Positions 51,115-60,828 of a stretch of DNA of 64,000 bases are shown piece by piece. The notes beneath the pieces were generated by a model. It worked only from the letters and a program-made list of their open reading frames with translations. It was not told the DNA's origin and did not search any database. The DNA comes from an uncultured Gemmatimonadales bacterium (GTDB taxonomy: Bacteria > Gemmatimonadota > Gemmatimonadetes > Gemmatimonadales > GWC2-71-9): NCBI GenBank assembly GCA_963730185.1, contig CAVSQW010000001.1, positions 64,001 to 128,000 of the forward strand, written 5' to 3'. The position numbers and the translations under genes are program-made. Position 1 is the first letter of the stretch, and each line of letters starts with the position of its first letter.

Positions 51115-52532
51115 CCGGGAGCGTCCGGCCCCAACTCCTGATCGCCGGCGCCGTCGAGCGGGCTCTCGATCGGGCCGCCGGCGGGCGGCCGATTCCGGGC
51201 AATCGGGTCGAGCCCTTGTTCGACGGGCCGGGCACCTTCGAGGCGATGCTCGAGTTGATCGCCTCCGCCCGCCGCTGGATTCACTTCGACAACTACATCT
51301 TCCGCGACGACGCCACCGGGCGGCGGTTCGCCGACGCGCTGGCCGCCCGAGCGGCCGACGGCCTCGCGGTCCGACTGATGAGCGACTGGCTGGGCTCCGC
51401 GGGCACGGGCCGGCGGTTCTGGCACGACCTGGAGCGACGGGGCGTCTCGGTCCGGCTCTTCAATCGGCCCCGGGTGCTGGATTTCCCCTCGCTGCTGAGT
51501 CGGAATCATCGGAAGGTGGTGGTGGCCGATGGGGCCCGGGCCATCGTGGGCGGGCTCTGCATCGGCAACGAGTGGGCCGGCGATCCGGCGCGGGGACGGC
51601 TACCCTGGCGCGACACCGCCGCCTTGATCGAGGGTCCGGCCGCGGCGGCCGTGGACCGGGCCTTCGCCAACCTCTGGCAGGTGGTGGGCGACCCGGTTGG
51701 CCCCGACGAGTTTGCCGGCACGGTCGAGGAGGCCGGGCGGGCCGAGGTCCGGGTCATGGCCGGCGAGCCGGTGCGGGAGCGGGCCTACCGGGTGGCGGAG
51801 TGGCTGCTGGCCGCGGCGGGGGAGCGGGTCTGGATCACGGACGCCTATCTGGTCGCTCCCCGTCGCCTGTACCGCTATTTGATCGACGCCGCGCGGGAGG
51901 GCGTCGACGTCCGCCTGCTCGTGCCGGGCACCAGCGACATTCCGCTGGTCCGGAACCTGACCCGGTTCGGCTATCGCGATCTGCTCCGGGCCGGGGTCCG
52001 GATCTTCGAGTGGACCGGCCCGATGCTCCATGCCAAGACCGTGGTGGCCGACAACCGCTGGGTCCGGATCGGATCGAGCAACATGAACCACTCCAGCCTG
52101 TTCGGGAACTACGAGCTGGACATTCTGACCGACGACGTGGCCCTGGCGGACCAGATGGAAGCCCAGTTCCGCCGCGATCTGGACCGGAGCGCCGAGGTGT
52201 TGATCCGGCCGGTCCGGGCACCCCGGCGACTCCAACGGGCCTTGCCGGCAGCCCTCCAGATCGAGGGGCCGGACGAGGGGCCGAGCCATCGCAAGGGGCT
52301 CCGAGAGCGGCGGGGCCGGTCCGTGCTCGCCGTTCGGACCCTGGTGGCCGGGGCGCGCCTGGCGGTGTTCGGCCCCCTGAGCCTGATCCTGGCGGCTCTC
52401 GGAACCCTGTTTTTCGTGATCCCTGGGGTCATGTCCGTGCTCTTCGGGATCCTCACCCTCTGGCTTGCCGCCGTGACCGGCGCCGAGGCCCTCCGGCGGC
52501 GAAGCGAGGCTCGGGGGACCGGGGGAGGCTAG
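51111..52532 (+). CDS. Phospholipase D family protein (cardiolipin synthase ClsB-like)
   Basis: Two HKD motifs, NHRKVVVAD and LHAKTVVAD...GSSN; WRDT; two C-terminal TM helices. Confidence 0.9.
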   Translation: MTGSVRPQLLIAGAVERALDRAAGGRPIPGNRVEPLFDGPGTFEAMLELIASARRWIHFDNYIFRDDATGRRFADALAARAADGLAVRLMSDWLGSAGTGRRFWHDLERRGVSVRLFNRPRVLDFPSLLSRNHRKVVVADGARAIVGGLCIGNEWAGDPARGRLPWRDTAALIEGPAAAAVDRAFANLWQVVGDPVGPDEFAGTVEEAGRAEVRVMAGEPVRERAYRVAEWLLAAAGERVWITDAYLVAPRRLYRYLIDAAREGVDVRLLVPGTSDIPLVRNLTRFGYRDLLRAGVRIFEWTGPMLHAKTVVADNRWVRIGSSNMNHSSLFGNYELDILTDDVALADQMEAQFRRDLDRSAEVLIRPVRAPRRLQRALPAALQIEGPDEGPSHRKGLRERRGRSVLAVRTLVAGARLAVFGPLSLILAALGTLFFVIPGVMSVLFGILTLWLAAVTGAEALRRRSEARGTGGG

Positions 52533-52550
52533 CCCCCGGTTCAAGCCCCT

Positions 52551-52576
52551 TCAACGGACCGCCTCCCTGACGCGTA
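52551..52576 (+). promoter_or_regulatory. Putative autoregulatory ECF promoter TCAAC-N17-CGTA (leaderless transcript)
   Basis: TCAAC 52551-52555, CGTA 52573-52576; GTG start 8 nt downstream; no Shine-Dalgarno sequence. Confidence 0.55.
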
Positions 52577-52584
52577 CTACCACC

Positions 52585-53127
52585 GTGAGTGACTCGCAGC
52601 TGGCCTTCGACGCAAGCCGGGGCGACAGAGAGGCTTTCGGCCGTCTCGTGCTGGAGCACGCCCTCCAAGCGCGTCGGGTGGCGTACTCGGTGCTCGGCAA
52701 CTGGGAGGACGCGGAGGACGTGGTCCAAGAGGCGGCGTTGGCGGCCTGGGACGCGGTGGAGCGCTACGACCCCACGCGAGCGTTCCGACCCTGGTTTCTC
52801 CGGATCGTCGCCAATGCGGCCCTGGACCAGGTCCGCCGGCGGAAGGTGCGACGGGCGGAGGCGCTGAGCGACACGCTCCCGCACCGAGGCCCCACGCCCG
52901 AGGACGAGGCCGAGCGGGCCTTGCTGCGTGGGCACCTGGATCGGGCCCTGGCCGGGCTGCCGGAGCGACAGAGAATGGCGGTCGTGATGTTCGACGTGGA
53001 GGGGATGAGCCACGCGGAGATCGCCGGATCCATGGGGGTGCCCGAGGGCACCGTTCGGTCGTACGTGTTTCACGCGCGTCGGGCGCTCAGGAAGGCGCTC
53101 GGCGCCTTGGTGGAGGAACCAGCATGA
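52585..53127 (+). CDS. ECF RNA polymerase sigma factor
   Basis: DAEDVVQEA, FRPWFLRIVAN and LPERQR...EGMSHAEIA...GTVRS motifs. Confidence 0.92.
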   Translation: MSDSQLAFDASRGDREAFGRLVLEHALQARRVAYSVLGNWEDAEDVVQEAALAAWDAVERYDPTRAFRPWFLRIVANAALDQVRRRKVRRAEALSDTLPHRGPTPEDEAERALLRGHLDRALAGLPERQRMAVVMFDVEGMSHAEIAGSMGVPEGTVRSYVFHARRALRKALGALVEEPA

Positions 53128-53474
53128 GGACGCAATCCCCCTTTGGCGGTGCGCCGGACGACGAGCTCGGCCGGCTCCTGCGGGATGAGTTGGAGGGGCC
53201 GGATCCCAGTGGCTTTCTCCGGCGGTTGGGCGAGCGGTTGGCGGTACTTCCGGAGCGGGACACCCAGTGGGATGTCCTGGCGCACTGGGCCCGACCGCCC
53301 GTGCTGGTGGCGGCGGCGCTGATGGCCTTTCTGCTCGGCGCCACCCTGCTGCAGACCTGGCGGGCGCACGACGGGCCGTCACCCTCGGTGGCGACGGTCC
53401 CGGCCACGATGTTCGTGGCGCCGACCGCCGTCGACCGCAACCCGGTCCTGTACGCCGTGTTGGAGGAGCGATGA
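53124..53474 (+). CDS. Small single-TM protein, probable anti-sigma factor
   Basis: ATGA-coupled to the sigma gene; one TM helix. Confidence 0.65.
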   Translation: MRTQSPFGGAPDDELGRLLRDELEGPDPSGFLRRLGERLAVLPERDTQWDVLAHWARPPVLVAAALMAFLLGATLLQTWRAHDGPSPSVATVPATMFVAPTAVDRNPVLYAVLEER

Positions 53475-53863
53475 GCAAGTCCCGGTTGGTGGCGGGCGGA
53501 TTGCTCGCCGTGACGTTCGCGCTCGGCGCGCTGGCCGGTGGTGCCGCGACGATGGTCGCGGACCGGACCGGACATCACCGGGGCGATCCGTATTCGCCGC
53601 CGTCGTACGCCAGTCGTCTGGCGGAAGACCTCGGTCTGGCACCCGAGCAGGAGGCCAAGGTGGTCGAAGTGCTCGAGCGCCATCAGCCGGCCATGGACTC
53701 GATCTGGGCCCAGGTCGGCTCGCAGTTCGACGCGGAGCGCCAGACCCTCCGGCGCGACATCCGCGCCCTTCTCACCCCGGACCAGCAGGCCAAGTACCAG
53801 ACCATGCTGGCCCGACTCGACAGCCTCAGGCGGAATCGTGGAAAGCGGCATGCCTCGCATTGA
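53471..53863 (+). CDS. Spy/CpxP-like periplasmic helical protein
   Basis: N-terminal anchor; LGLAPEQ and LLTPDQQAKY (LTxxQ) motifs. Confidence 0.7.
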   Translation: MSKSRLVAGGLLAVTFALGALAGGAATMVADRTGHHRGDPYSPPSYASRLAEDLGLAPEQEAKVVEVLERHQPAMDSIWAQVGSQFDAERQTLRRDIRALLTPDQQAKYQTMLARLDSLRRNRGKRHASH

Positions 53864-55166
53864 TAAACTGACGGTGATCCTCGCGGCCGCGGCCCTGTCG
53901 TGGACCGCACCGGTTCGGGCCCAGCAAGCGGCGCCGCCGACCATCACGCTCCAGGAGGCGATCCAGCGAGCGGAGCTGGCGCAGCCGGGCGTGGTGCAGG
54001 CGATCGGCGCGGTGACCAACGCCGACGCCCGGATCCGCTCGGCGAAGGGCGCCTGGCTCCCCAGCCTGAGCTTGTCCAGCTCGGCGAACAACTTCTTTTC
54101 CGAAGGCCAGCGGATCGATCCGACCACTGGGCAGCTGGTGGCGAACAACTCGACCAACACGAGCATCAACGGCACCTTGCGGTCCAGCCTCACGCTCTTC
54201 GATGGGTTCCAGCGGAGCGCCGACAGCAAGGCGGCCAAGGCCACCCGCGAGTCGGCTGCCGAGTCGCTCGACAACGCCCGGTTCCAGCAGGCGCTCACGA
54301 CCACCAACACGTTCTTCGATGTGTTGGCGGCGGTCCAGCTGACCAAAGTCCGCGAGGCCAGCGTCCGGCTGGCTCAGGAGCAGCTCAACGTCTCGATCGC
54401 CCGGCTCAGGGCGGGGGCGGCGATCCGCTCGGACTCGCTTCGTTCGCTGGTCAACCTGGGCAGCGCTCGGGTCCAGCTGATTCAGGCCCAAACCCAGCAG
54501 GCCACCGCCGAAGCGAACCTGGGTCGGCAAGTCGGCGCTGATGGACCGGTCGCGGCCCAGGACGATTCGACGTTCTACGAGGTCATCCCGACCGTCGACA
54601 CCGCGGCCCTGCAGGTCGAGGCAGTCAACCGGTCGCCCCAGGTCCGGGCCGCGGAGGCCTCGGCCAAGGCGGCCCGGGTGTCGGTGACGGCTTCGAAGGC
54701 CAGCTACTGGCCGTCGGTCCAGCTCAACGGCTCGTTTCAGATGAACGGCAGCGGCCAGAACAGCTACAATTTCCTGCAGCAGCGCCAGGCGGCGCTTCAG
54801 CTCAGCTGGACCCTGTTCAACGGGTTCCAGCGGGAGCAGACGGTGGCGGCCCAGCGGGTGTCGGCCGACAACGCCGAGGCGGCGTCCGCCGACACCCGCC
54901 GGCAGGTTCAGGCCAACCTGACCACCGCCCTGGCGTCGCTCGAGTCGGCGCGGGTCCGAATTGGCATCGCCCGGACCAGCGTGCAGGCGGCCACCGAGGA
55001 TCTCCGGGTCCAGCAGGAGCGGTATCGGCTCGGGGTGGCGACCATCGTGGACGTGCTCACCTCGCAGACCTCGCTCACCCAGGCGCAGGTCGACGAAGTG
55101 AACGCCCGGTTCGACTACCTTCGCGCCCGGGCTCAGATCGAGGCCCTGATCGGACGAAAGCTATGA
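53850..55166 (+). CDS. TolC family outer membrane efflux protein
   Basis: Signal peptide; [20 protein letters not shown] / TLFNGF and [13 protein letters not shown] motifs. Confidence 0.9.
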   Translation: MPRIDKLTVILAAAALSWTAPVRAQQAAPPTITLQEAIQRAELAQPGVVQAIGAVTNADARIRSAKGAWLPSLSLSSSANNFFSEGQRIDPTTGQLVANNSTNTSINGTLRSSLTLFDGFQRSADSKAAKATRESAAESLDNARFQQALTTTNTFFDVLAAVQLTKVREASVRLAQEQLNVSIARLRAGAAIRSDSLRSLVNLGSARVQLIQAQTQQATAEANLGRQVGADGPVAAQDDSTFYEVIPTVDTAALQVEAVNRSPQVRAAEASAKAARVSVTASKASYWPSVQLNGSFQMNGSGQNSYNFLQQRQAALQLSWTLFNGFQREQTVAAQRVSADNAEAASADTRRQVQANLTTALASLESARVRIGIARTSVQAATEDLRVQQERYRLGVATIVDVLTSQTSLTQAQVDEVNARFDYLRARAQIEALIGRKL

Positions 55167-55912
55167 CCACTGACATCGCGACGACCGCGGAGCGCATGGC
55201 GCTCCTGCCCCCCGACGTGCCCCGCGACGCCGTCATCGTGGTGCGCAGCCTCACCCGTGACTACGTGATGGGCAGCGAAATCGTGCATGCCCTCCGAGGG
55301 GTGGACGTTACCATCCGCAAGAACGAGTACGTCGCCATCATGGGGCCCTCGGGCTCGGGCAAGTCGACCCTGATGAACATGATCGGCTGCCTCGATACGC
55401 CCACCGAGGGCGAGTACTGGCTCAACGGCTACCGGGTCTCCGACCTGGGCGACGACGACCTGGCCCGGATCCGGAACAAGGAGATCGGGTTCGTCTTCCA
55501 GACCTTCAACCTGCTCCCCCGCGCCTCGGCGCTCCAGAACGTGGAGCTCCCGATGGTGTATGCCGGGGTCGGGTCCAAGGAGCGGCGGTCGGCCGCGATC
55601 GACGCGCTGGGCCGGGTCGGCCTGGCGGAGCGGATGAACCACCGCCCCAACGAGCTCTCGGGCGGTCAACGCCAACGGGTGGCGATCGCCCGGGCGCTGG
55701 TGAACACCCCGAGCATCCTGCTGGCCGACGAGCCGACGGGGAACCTCGACTCCAAAACGAGCGAGGAAATCCTCCGGCTGTTCGACCGGCTCTACCAAGA
55801 AGGTCACACGATCGTGCTGATCACCCACGAGCACGACATTGCCGAGCACGCCCACCGTCAGGTCCATCTTCGCGATGGCCGGGTCGAGCGTGATTTTCTG
55901 ACGGAGAAGTGA
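55163..55912 (+). CDS. ABC transporter ATP-binding protein (MacB/LolD type)
   Basis: [34 protein letters not shown] and ADEPTGNLD motifs. Confidence 0.95.
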   Translation: MTTDIATTAERMALLPPDVPRDAVIVVRSLTRDYVMGSEIVHALRGVDVTIRKNEYVAIMGPSGSGKSTLMNMIGCLDTPTEGEYWLNGYRVSDLGDDDLARIRNKEIGFVFQTFNLLPRASALQNVELPMVYAGVGSKERRSAAIDALGRVGLAERMNHRPNELSGGQRQRVAIARALVNTPSILLADEPTGNLDSKTSEEILRLFDRLYQEGHTIVLITHEHDIAEHAHRQVHLRDGRVERDFLTEK

Positions 55913-55913
55913 C

Positions 55914-57458
55914 ATGGTCCGCACCCTGATCCGCCTGGCGCCGGCCGGGCTCCTGCTGGTCGCCCTCGGTTGCAAGAAGAAGGTCGAGCAAGTGGTGTAC
56001 GAGGCGGTGCCGGTCGAGCGACGCGACATCGTCGTGTCGGCCCGCGCCACCGGCACCATCCAGCCCGATACCGTCGTCGAGGTGAAGTCGAAGGCCTCGG
56101 GCGAAATCCTCGCGATGAAGGCCGAGACCGGCGAGACGGTCGACCGCGGCTCGCTCCTGGTCCAGATCGACCAGCGGACCCCGCGGAACACCCTCAACCA
56201 GGCCGATGCCAACCTCGAGGTGGCCAAGGCGCGGCTGGAGAACGCCGAGTCGCAGCGGAGGCGTTCCGAGGAGCTCTTCAAATCGCAGTCGCTCTCGGAG
56301 CAGGAGTACGAGACCGCGGTGCTCGCCGTCGCCAACGGCAAGGCCGCCGTGGTGAGCGCCCAGGTCGACGTCGAGAACGCCCGGATCGCGATGGAGGACA
56401 CCGACGTCAAGGCGCCGATCTCCGGGACGATCATCGCCAAGAACGTGGAGCGCGGTCAGGTAATTTCGTCGCCGACCAGGGACGTGGGCGGCGGCACGGT
56501 GCTCCTCACCATGGCCGATCTCAACTTGGTGCAGGTCCGGACCCTGGTGGACGAGACCGACATCGGCAAGATCCAAAGCGGCCTCCGGGCCACCGTGACG
56601 GTCGACGCCTATCCCAACCAGCCGTTCAACGGCGAGGTGCTCAAGGTCGAGCCCCAGGCGGAGACCCAGAACAACGTCACCATGTTCCCGGTCCTGGTCC
56701 GCATCGACAACCGGCGGGGGCTGCTCAAGCCCGGGATGAACGCCGACGTCGAGATCCACATCGGCCGGCGGGACAGCGTGCTGGCCATTCCCAACGCGGC
56801 GCTCCGCACCCAGCGGGACGTGGGCTCGGCCGCCCAGGTGCTCGGTATCTCGCAGGAGCAGCTCCAGGCCGAGCTGGCCGAGGCGCAGGCGCAGGCGGAC
56901 AGCACCCGGGCGCGAGCGGCCCGGGACAAGGCCGCCGACGGCGAGACCGAGGCCGCCAACACGGGGCGGCCCGCGGGACAGGCCGCCGGGAACACGATGA
57001 CCACGCCGGACGGGCGGACGATCCAACTGCCCCCGGGCGTCACCCAGGCCAAGGTCCGCGAGCTCTTCCAGAAGCGGTTCGGCGGTGGCCAGCTGACGCC
57101 GGACGAGCAGGCGATCATGGCCCAGGTCCAGCGGAGCTTCGGGCGAGGCGGTGCCGGCGGCCGGGGCGGGATGCGCCGGAGCGGATCCGACTTCGAGTTC
57201 GGCGGCAACTACATCGTATTCGTGCTCCGGAACGGGAAGCCGACGCCGAAGATGGTCCAGACTGGCCTGACCGACCTCGATTACAGCGAGGTGATTACCG
57301 GGCTCGCCGCGGCGGACTCGGTGCTGATCCTGCCGAGCGCGAGCCTGGTGCAGTCGCAGCAGGACTTCAAGGAGCGAATCGGCCGGATGACGGGCGGCGG
57401 CGCGGTCCCGGGCATGCGGAACCAGAGCCAGTCGTCGGGAGGGAATCGGCGGCCATGA
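55914..57458 (+). CDS. Efflux periplasmic adaptor subunit (MacA-like lipoprotein)
   Basis: Lipobox ALGC; ATGTIQP, APISGTII, VDETDIG and LKPGMNA motifs. Confidence 0.9.
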   Translation: MVRTLIRLAPAGLLLVALGCKKKVEQVVYEAVPVERRDIVVSARATGTIQPDTVVEVKSKASGEILAMKAETGETVDRGSLLVQIDQRTPRNTLNQADANLEVAKARLENAESQRRRSEELFKSQSLSEQEYETAVLAVANGKAAVVSAQVDVENARIAMEDTDVKAPISGTIIAKNVERGQVISSPTRDVGGGTVLLTMADLNLVQVRTLVDETDIGKIQSGLRATVTVDAYPNQPFNGEVLKVEPQAETQNNVTMFPVLVRIDNRRGLLKPGMNADVEIHIGRRDSVLAIPNAALRTQRDVGSAAQVLGISQEQLQAELAEAQAQADSTRARAARDKAADGETEAANTGRPAGQAAGNTMTTPDGRTIQLPPGVTQAKVRELFQKRFGGGQLTPDEQAIMAQVQRSFGRGGAGGRGGMRRSGSDFEFGGNYIVFVLRNGKPTPKMVQTGLTDLDYSEVITGLAAADSVLILPSASLVQSQQDFKERIGRMTGGGAVPGMRNQSQSSGGNRRP

Positions 57459-58669
57459 TCATCGGCGAAACCTTCCGGGTCGCCCTGCAGAGCATCCGCG
57501 ACCACAAGATGCGGGCCGGGCTCACCATGCTCGGGATCATCATCGGCGTGGGCGCGGTGATCGCCGTCGTAGCCCTCGGCTCGGGCGCGCAAAAGGCGAT
57601 CGAGGATCGGATCGCCGCGCTCGGCGCCAACGTCCTGAGCGTGTATCCCGGTCAGTCGTTCTTCGGCGGCCGGGCCTCCGACCAGCGCGTGAGTCTCACG
57701 ACCGACGACGCGGCGGCGCTCCGGAAGGACGCGTCCTCGCTTCAGTACGTGGTTCCCGAGCTGAGCCGGAACTACTCGGTCGGGTACATGGCGCAGAACC
57801 TGAACGTTCGAGTCATCGGCACCACGCCGTCGTACCTCGACGTCAAGAACTACAAGGTCGAGTACGGGCAGATGTTCACGGCCGGCGACGACGGTGCCCG
57901 CCAGCGCTATGCCGTGATCGGGAGCGCCGTCCCGGAGGAGTTGCAGGCCAACGCCGCGGCCTTGGTGCACCAGAACATCTCGATTGGAGGGCAGTCTTTC
58001 GAGGTGATCGGCGTGCTCGCCGCCAAGGGCGGACAGATGTCGTTCGAGAACCCGGACGAGCAGATCCTGATCCCACTCAGCACCGCGCGCTACCGGCTGA
58101 TGGGCACCGACCGGCTCCGGCAGATCAGCATCAAGGTCGAGGACGGCGTGCCGCTCGAGCGCGCGATGGTCGACATCGAGCGGGTCATGCGCCGAGAACA
58201 CAAGATTCGCCCCGGCACGGACAACGACTTCCAGATCCGCAACACGCAGGAGATCCTCGCCACCCAGCAAGAGGCGACCGAGGTCTTCAAGTACCTGCTC
58301 GGCAGCATCGCGGCGGTGTCGCTGGTGGTGGGCGGGATCGGGATCATGAACATCATGCTGGTGTCGGTCACCGAGCGCACCCGGGAGATCGGTGTGCGGC
58401 GGGCCCTGGGCGCCACCAAGTTCACGATTCTCTCCCAGTTCCTGGTCGAGGCCGTGGTGCTCTGCCTCCTCGGCGGGCTCTTCGGCATCATAGTCGGGAC
58501 CGCGACCGCCAAGATCATGTCGGACCTGCTGGGGTGGAACACCCTGATCTCTCCGGCCGCGGTGGCAATCGCGTTCCTGTTCAGCGCCTTCGTGGGATTG
58601 TTCTTCGGACTCTGGCCGGCCCGTCGAGCGGCGGGGCTGAACACGATCGACGCGTTGCGGTACGAATAG
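57455..58669 (+). CDS. ABC transporter permease (MacB/FtsX family)
   Basis: LTMLGIIIGV, VGGIGIMNIMLVSVTERTREIG and PARRAA...IDALRYE motifs. Confidence 0.95.
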   Translation: MIIGETFRVALQSIRDHKMRAGLTMLGIIIGVGAVIAVVALGSGAQKAIEDRIAALGANVLSVYPGQSFFGGRASDQRVSLTTDDAAALRKDASSLQYVVPELSRNYSVGYMAQNLNVRVIGTTPSYLDVKNYKVEYGQMFTAGDDGARQRYAVIGSAVPEELQANAAALVHQNISIGGQSFEVIGVLAAKGGQMSFENPDEQILIPLSTARYRLMGTDRLRQISIKVEDGVPLERAMVDIERVMRREHKIRPGTDNDFQIRNTQEILATQQEATEVFKYLLGSIAAVSLVVGGIGIMNIMLVSVTERTREIGVRRALGATKFTILSQFLVEAVVLCLLGGLFGIIVGTATAKIMSDLLGWNTLISPAAVAIAFLFSAFVGLFFGLWPARRAAGLNTIDALRYE

Positions 58670-58691
58670 CCGGCGTCGAAACGCCGAGCCC

Positions 58692-59687
58692 ATGCTCCAT
58701 GGCATCGTGCTGGGAACGGGGCACGCCGTTCCCGATCGGGTGGTCACCAACGACGAGCTGGCCCGGTCGATGGACACCTCGGATGAGTGGATCCGGTCCC
58801 GGACCGGCATCCGTGAACGCCACTGGATCCGCCCCGGCGAGACCGGGGTGGAGCTGGGGCGCCGGGCCGCGGTCGCGGCGCTCGAGGCGGCGGGAATCGG
58901 TCCGACCGATCTCGACGCGATCGTCTATGCCACGATCAGCCCGGACCATTTCCTGCCCGGCAACGGCGTCTTCCTCCAGCATGCACTGGGCTCCGGCCCG
59001 ATTCCGGCGATCGACGTGCGGATGCAGTGCGCCGGGTTCGTGTACGCCTTCTCCGTGGCCGACGCCTATCTCCGGACCGGCGCCTGGCGCCGGGTGCTGG
59101 TGGTCGGGCAGGAGATTCAATCGACCCGGATGGACGTCTCGACCCGGGGCCGCCATACCGCGGTGATCTTCGCCGACGGCGCCGGCGCGGTGGTGCTCGG
59201 TGCCACGGACTCGCCAGACCGCGGCATTCTCGCGACCGACCTCCACTCGGACGGGGCCTTCGTGGAGAAGCTCTGGGTGGACGAGCCCGGGGCCATCCAC
59301 CAGCCGACGGTCGACGCGGGCCGGTACGCTGAGGGGCGGTATTTCCTGGAAATGGACGGGCGCGACGTCTTTCGTCACGCGGTGGTACGGATGCCGGAGT
59401 CGGTGCGGACCTGTCTCGACCAGGCCAAGCTCCGCCCGGCTGACATCGCCCTCCTCATTCCCCACCAAGCCAATCTCCGGATCTCGGAGGCGGTTCAGAA
59501 GTCGCTCGGTCTCCGGGACGACCAGGTCTACAACAACATCGATCGGTTCGGGAACACGACCGCGGCCACCATTCCGATCGCCCTCGACGAGTGCGCCCGG
59601 GCCGGCCGCCTGGCGCCCGGTGACCTGGTGGTGTTCACGGCCTTCGGGTCGGGTTTCGTCTGGGGCAGCGTCGCGCTTCGCTGGTAG
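58692..59687 (+). CDS. fabH: 3-oxoacyl-ACP synthase III
   Basis: DTSDEWIRSRTGI, QCAGF (Cys), FADGAGA, PHQAN (His) and GNT (Asn) motifs. Confidence 0.93.
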   Translation: MLHGIVLGTGHAVPDRVVTNDELARSMDTSDEWIRSRTGIRERHWIRPGETGVELGRRAAVAALEAAGIGPTDLDAIVYATISPDHFLPGNGVFLQHALGSGPIPAIDVRMQCAGFVYAFSVADAYLRTGAWRRVLVVGQEIQSTRMDVSTRGRHTAVIFADGAGAVVLGATDSPDRGILATDLHSDGAFVEKLWVDEPGAIHQPTVDAGRYAEGRYFLEMDGRDVFRHAVVRMPESVRTCLDQAKLRPADIALLIPHQANLRISEAVQKSLGLRDDQVYNNIDRFGNTTAATIPIALDECARAGRLAPGDLVVFTAFGSGFVWGSVALRW

Positions 59688-59694
59688 CCGGCGG

Positions 59695-60123
59695 TCACCG
59701 GGGAACCAGCGGATACTTCTGGAGATAGTACTCGCGCGAGCGCGACGCGTTGGCCCGGAACAGCTCGTCCGAAGGGTCGTCCGCATCCTGGATGAAGAGG
59801 TGCATGGCCCCTGGCCAGAGCGTGGCCTGGACGGTCCACCGGTCTTCGGGCGAGAAGAACACCCATTGGAGCGCGCCCCCACCGGCGTCCGTCAGATGGA
59901 CTCGGCTGGCCCGCTCGAGGGTCACCTGCTCCGGGAGGCCGGCGGCGGCGGCTCCCCAGGGCTCGAGGTCCAGGTCGGCTTCCGTCCAACTATGGACCTG
60001 CAGCGTGCCGGTGATGGGGTCGTCGTGGTACGGGATCTCCAACTCGACATTCCATTCACCCAGCGCGTCCCAGGCGTGGTCCATCGGACCGAGATCGGGG
60101 ACGTCGATGGTGGGGTGCTTCAT
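59695..60123 (-). CDS. Hypothetical protein
   Basis: 142-aa ORF with typical codon usage filling the gap between convergent fabH and the divergent promoter region. Confidence 0.65.
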   Translation of the reverse strand: MKHPTIDVPDLGPMDHAWDALGEWNVELEIPYHDDPITGTLQVHSWTEADLDLEPWGAAAAGLPEQVTLERASRVHLTDAGGGALQWVFFSPEDRWTVQATLWPGAMHLFIQDADDPSDELFRANASRSREYYLQKYPLVPR

Positions 60124-60220
60124 TGGGTTCCAGGCCGGTGGAGGTTGATGGCCCCCGTTCCACCTCGGCGGGGAACGGCGATACTGGCTAGTATCGGCAG
60201 GGTGGGGACCGATTGAAGCC

Positions 60221-60247
60221 TGAAACCCGGTCAGTGATTGTTGCGTA
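60221..60247 (+). promoter_or_regulatory. Putative ECF-sigma promoter TGAAAC-N17-CGTA
   Basis: TGAAAC 60221-60226, CGTA 60244-60247, about 50 nt upstream of ATG 60300. Confidence 0.62.
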
Positions 60248-60299
60248 GTGGAACGCCCGGGTGGCTCTGTTCTGGAGCCCGGAAAGGAGTCTGTCTCGA

Positions 60300-60566
60300 A
60301 TGCTCGACATCATCAGGCTGGCACTTGCTCTGGCGGCCGGCGTTTTCACGTTCGGTTTCGCGCGAGGCTTCGTCCGGCGGCGGCTCCGCTTCGTGGACGC
60401 GGTCCGCTCGCCCCTGGCGCCGATTCTGGCGGCCGTCGGGGCGGCTCTCATCGCGCTGCCGCTCACCCTGCTGCCGCTGATTACCGGATTCACCGCCGCC
60501 CTGGTCGGGCTCGCCGCCGGCTTCGGCACCGCCAGCGGGGTCAAGGCCCTCAAGCGGGGCGACTGA
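60300..60566 (+). CDS. Small membrane protein (3 TM)
   Basis: AAGGAG RBS; hydrophobic helices flanking a basic RGFVRRRLRFVD loop. Confidence 0.7.
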   Translation: MLDIIRLALALAAGVFTFGFARGFVRRRLRFVDAVRSPLAPILAAVGAALIALPLTLLPLITGFTAALVGLAAGFGTASGVKALKRGD

Positions 60567-60585
60567 CCGGCGTTATCTTGGCTCC

Positions 60586-60828
60586 ATGGCTACCGTGCAC
60601 TGCGTACGCTGCGGCGAGACCCGCGACGGCATCCCGTTTCGACCTTTTCCCAACGAACTCGGTGAGCGGTTGCTCGCCCAGATTTGTAATGTCTGCTGGG
60701 GCGACTGGCTCAAGCTGCAGCAACAGCTGATCAACCACTACGGGCTCAATTTGCGGGAGCCCGAAGCGAAGAGCTTCCTCTACGCCCAGCTCGAACAACA
60801 CCTCTTCACCAACGCGCCCCGATCCTGA
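60586..60828 (+). CDS. yggX: Fe(II)-trafficking / oxidative damage protection protein (YggX family)
   Basis: VHC...PFPNELGERL...IC..CW..WL..Q..LIN.YGL pattern. Confidence 0.82.
   Translation: MATVHCVRCGETRDGIPFRPFPNELGERLLAQICNVCWGDWLKLQQQLINHYGLNLREPEAKSFLYAQLEQHLFTNAPRS

Noticed and set aside
58671..58686. Small hairpin CGGCGT-CGAA-ACGCCG between the permease gene and fabH
   Set aside because: A 6-bp stem with no U-tract is too weak to call a terminator.
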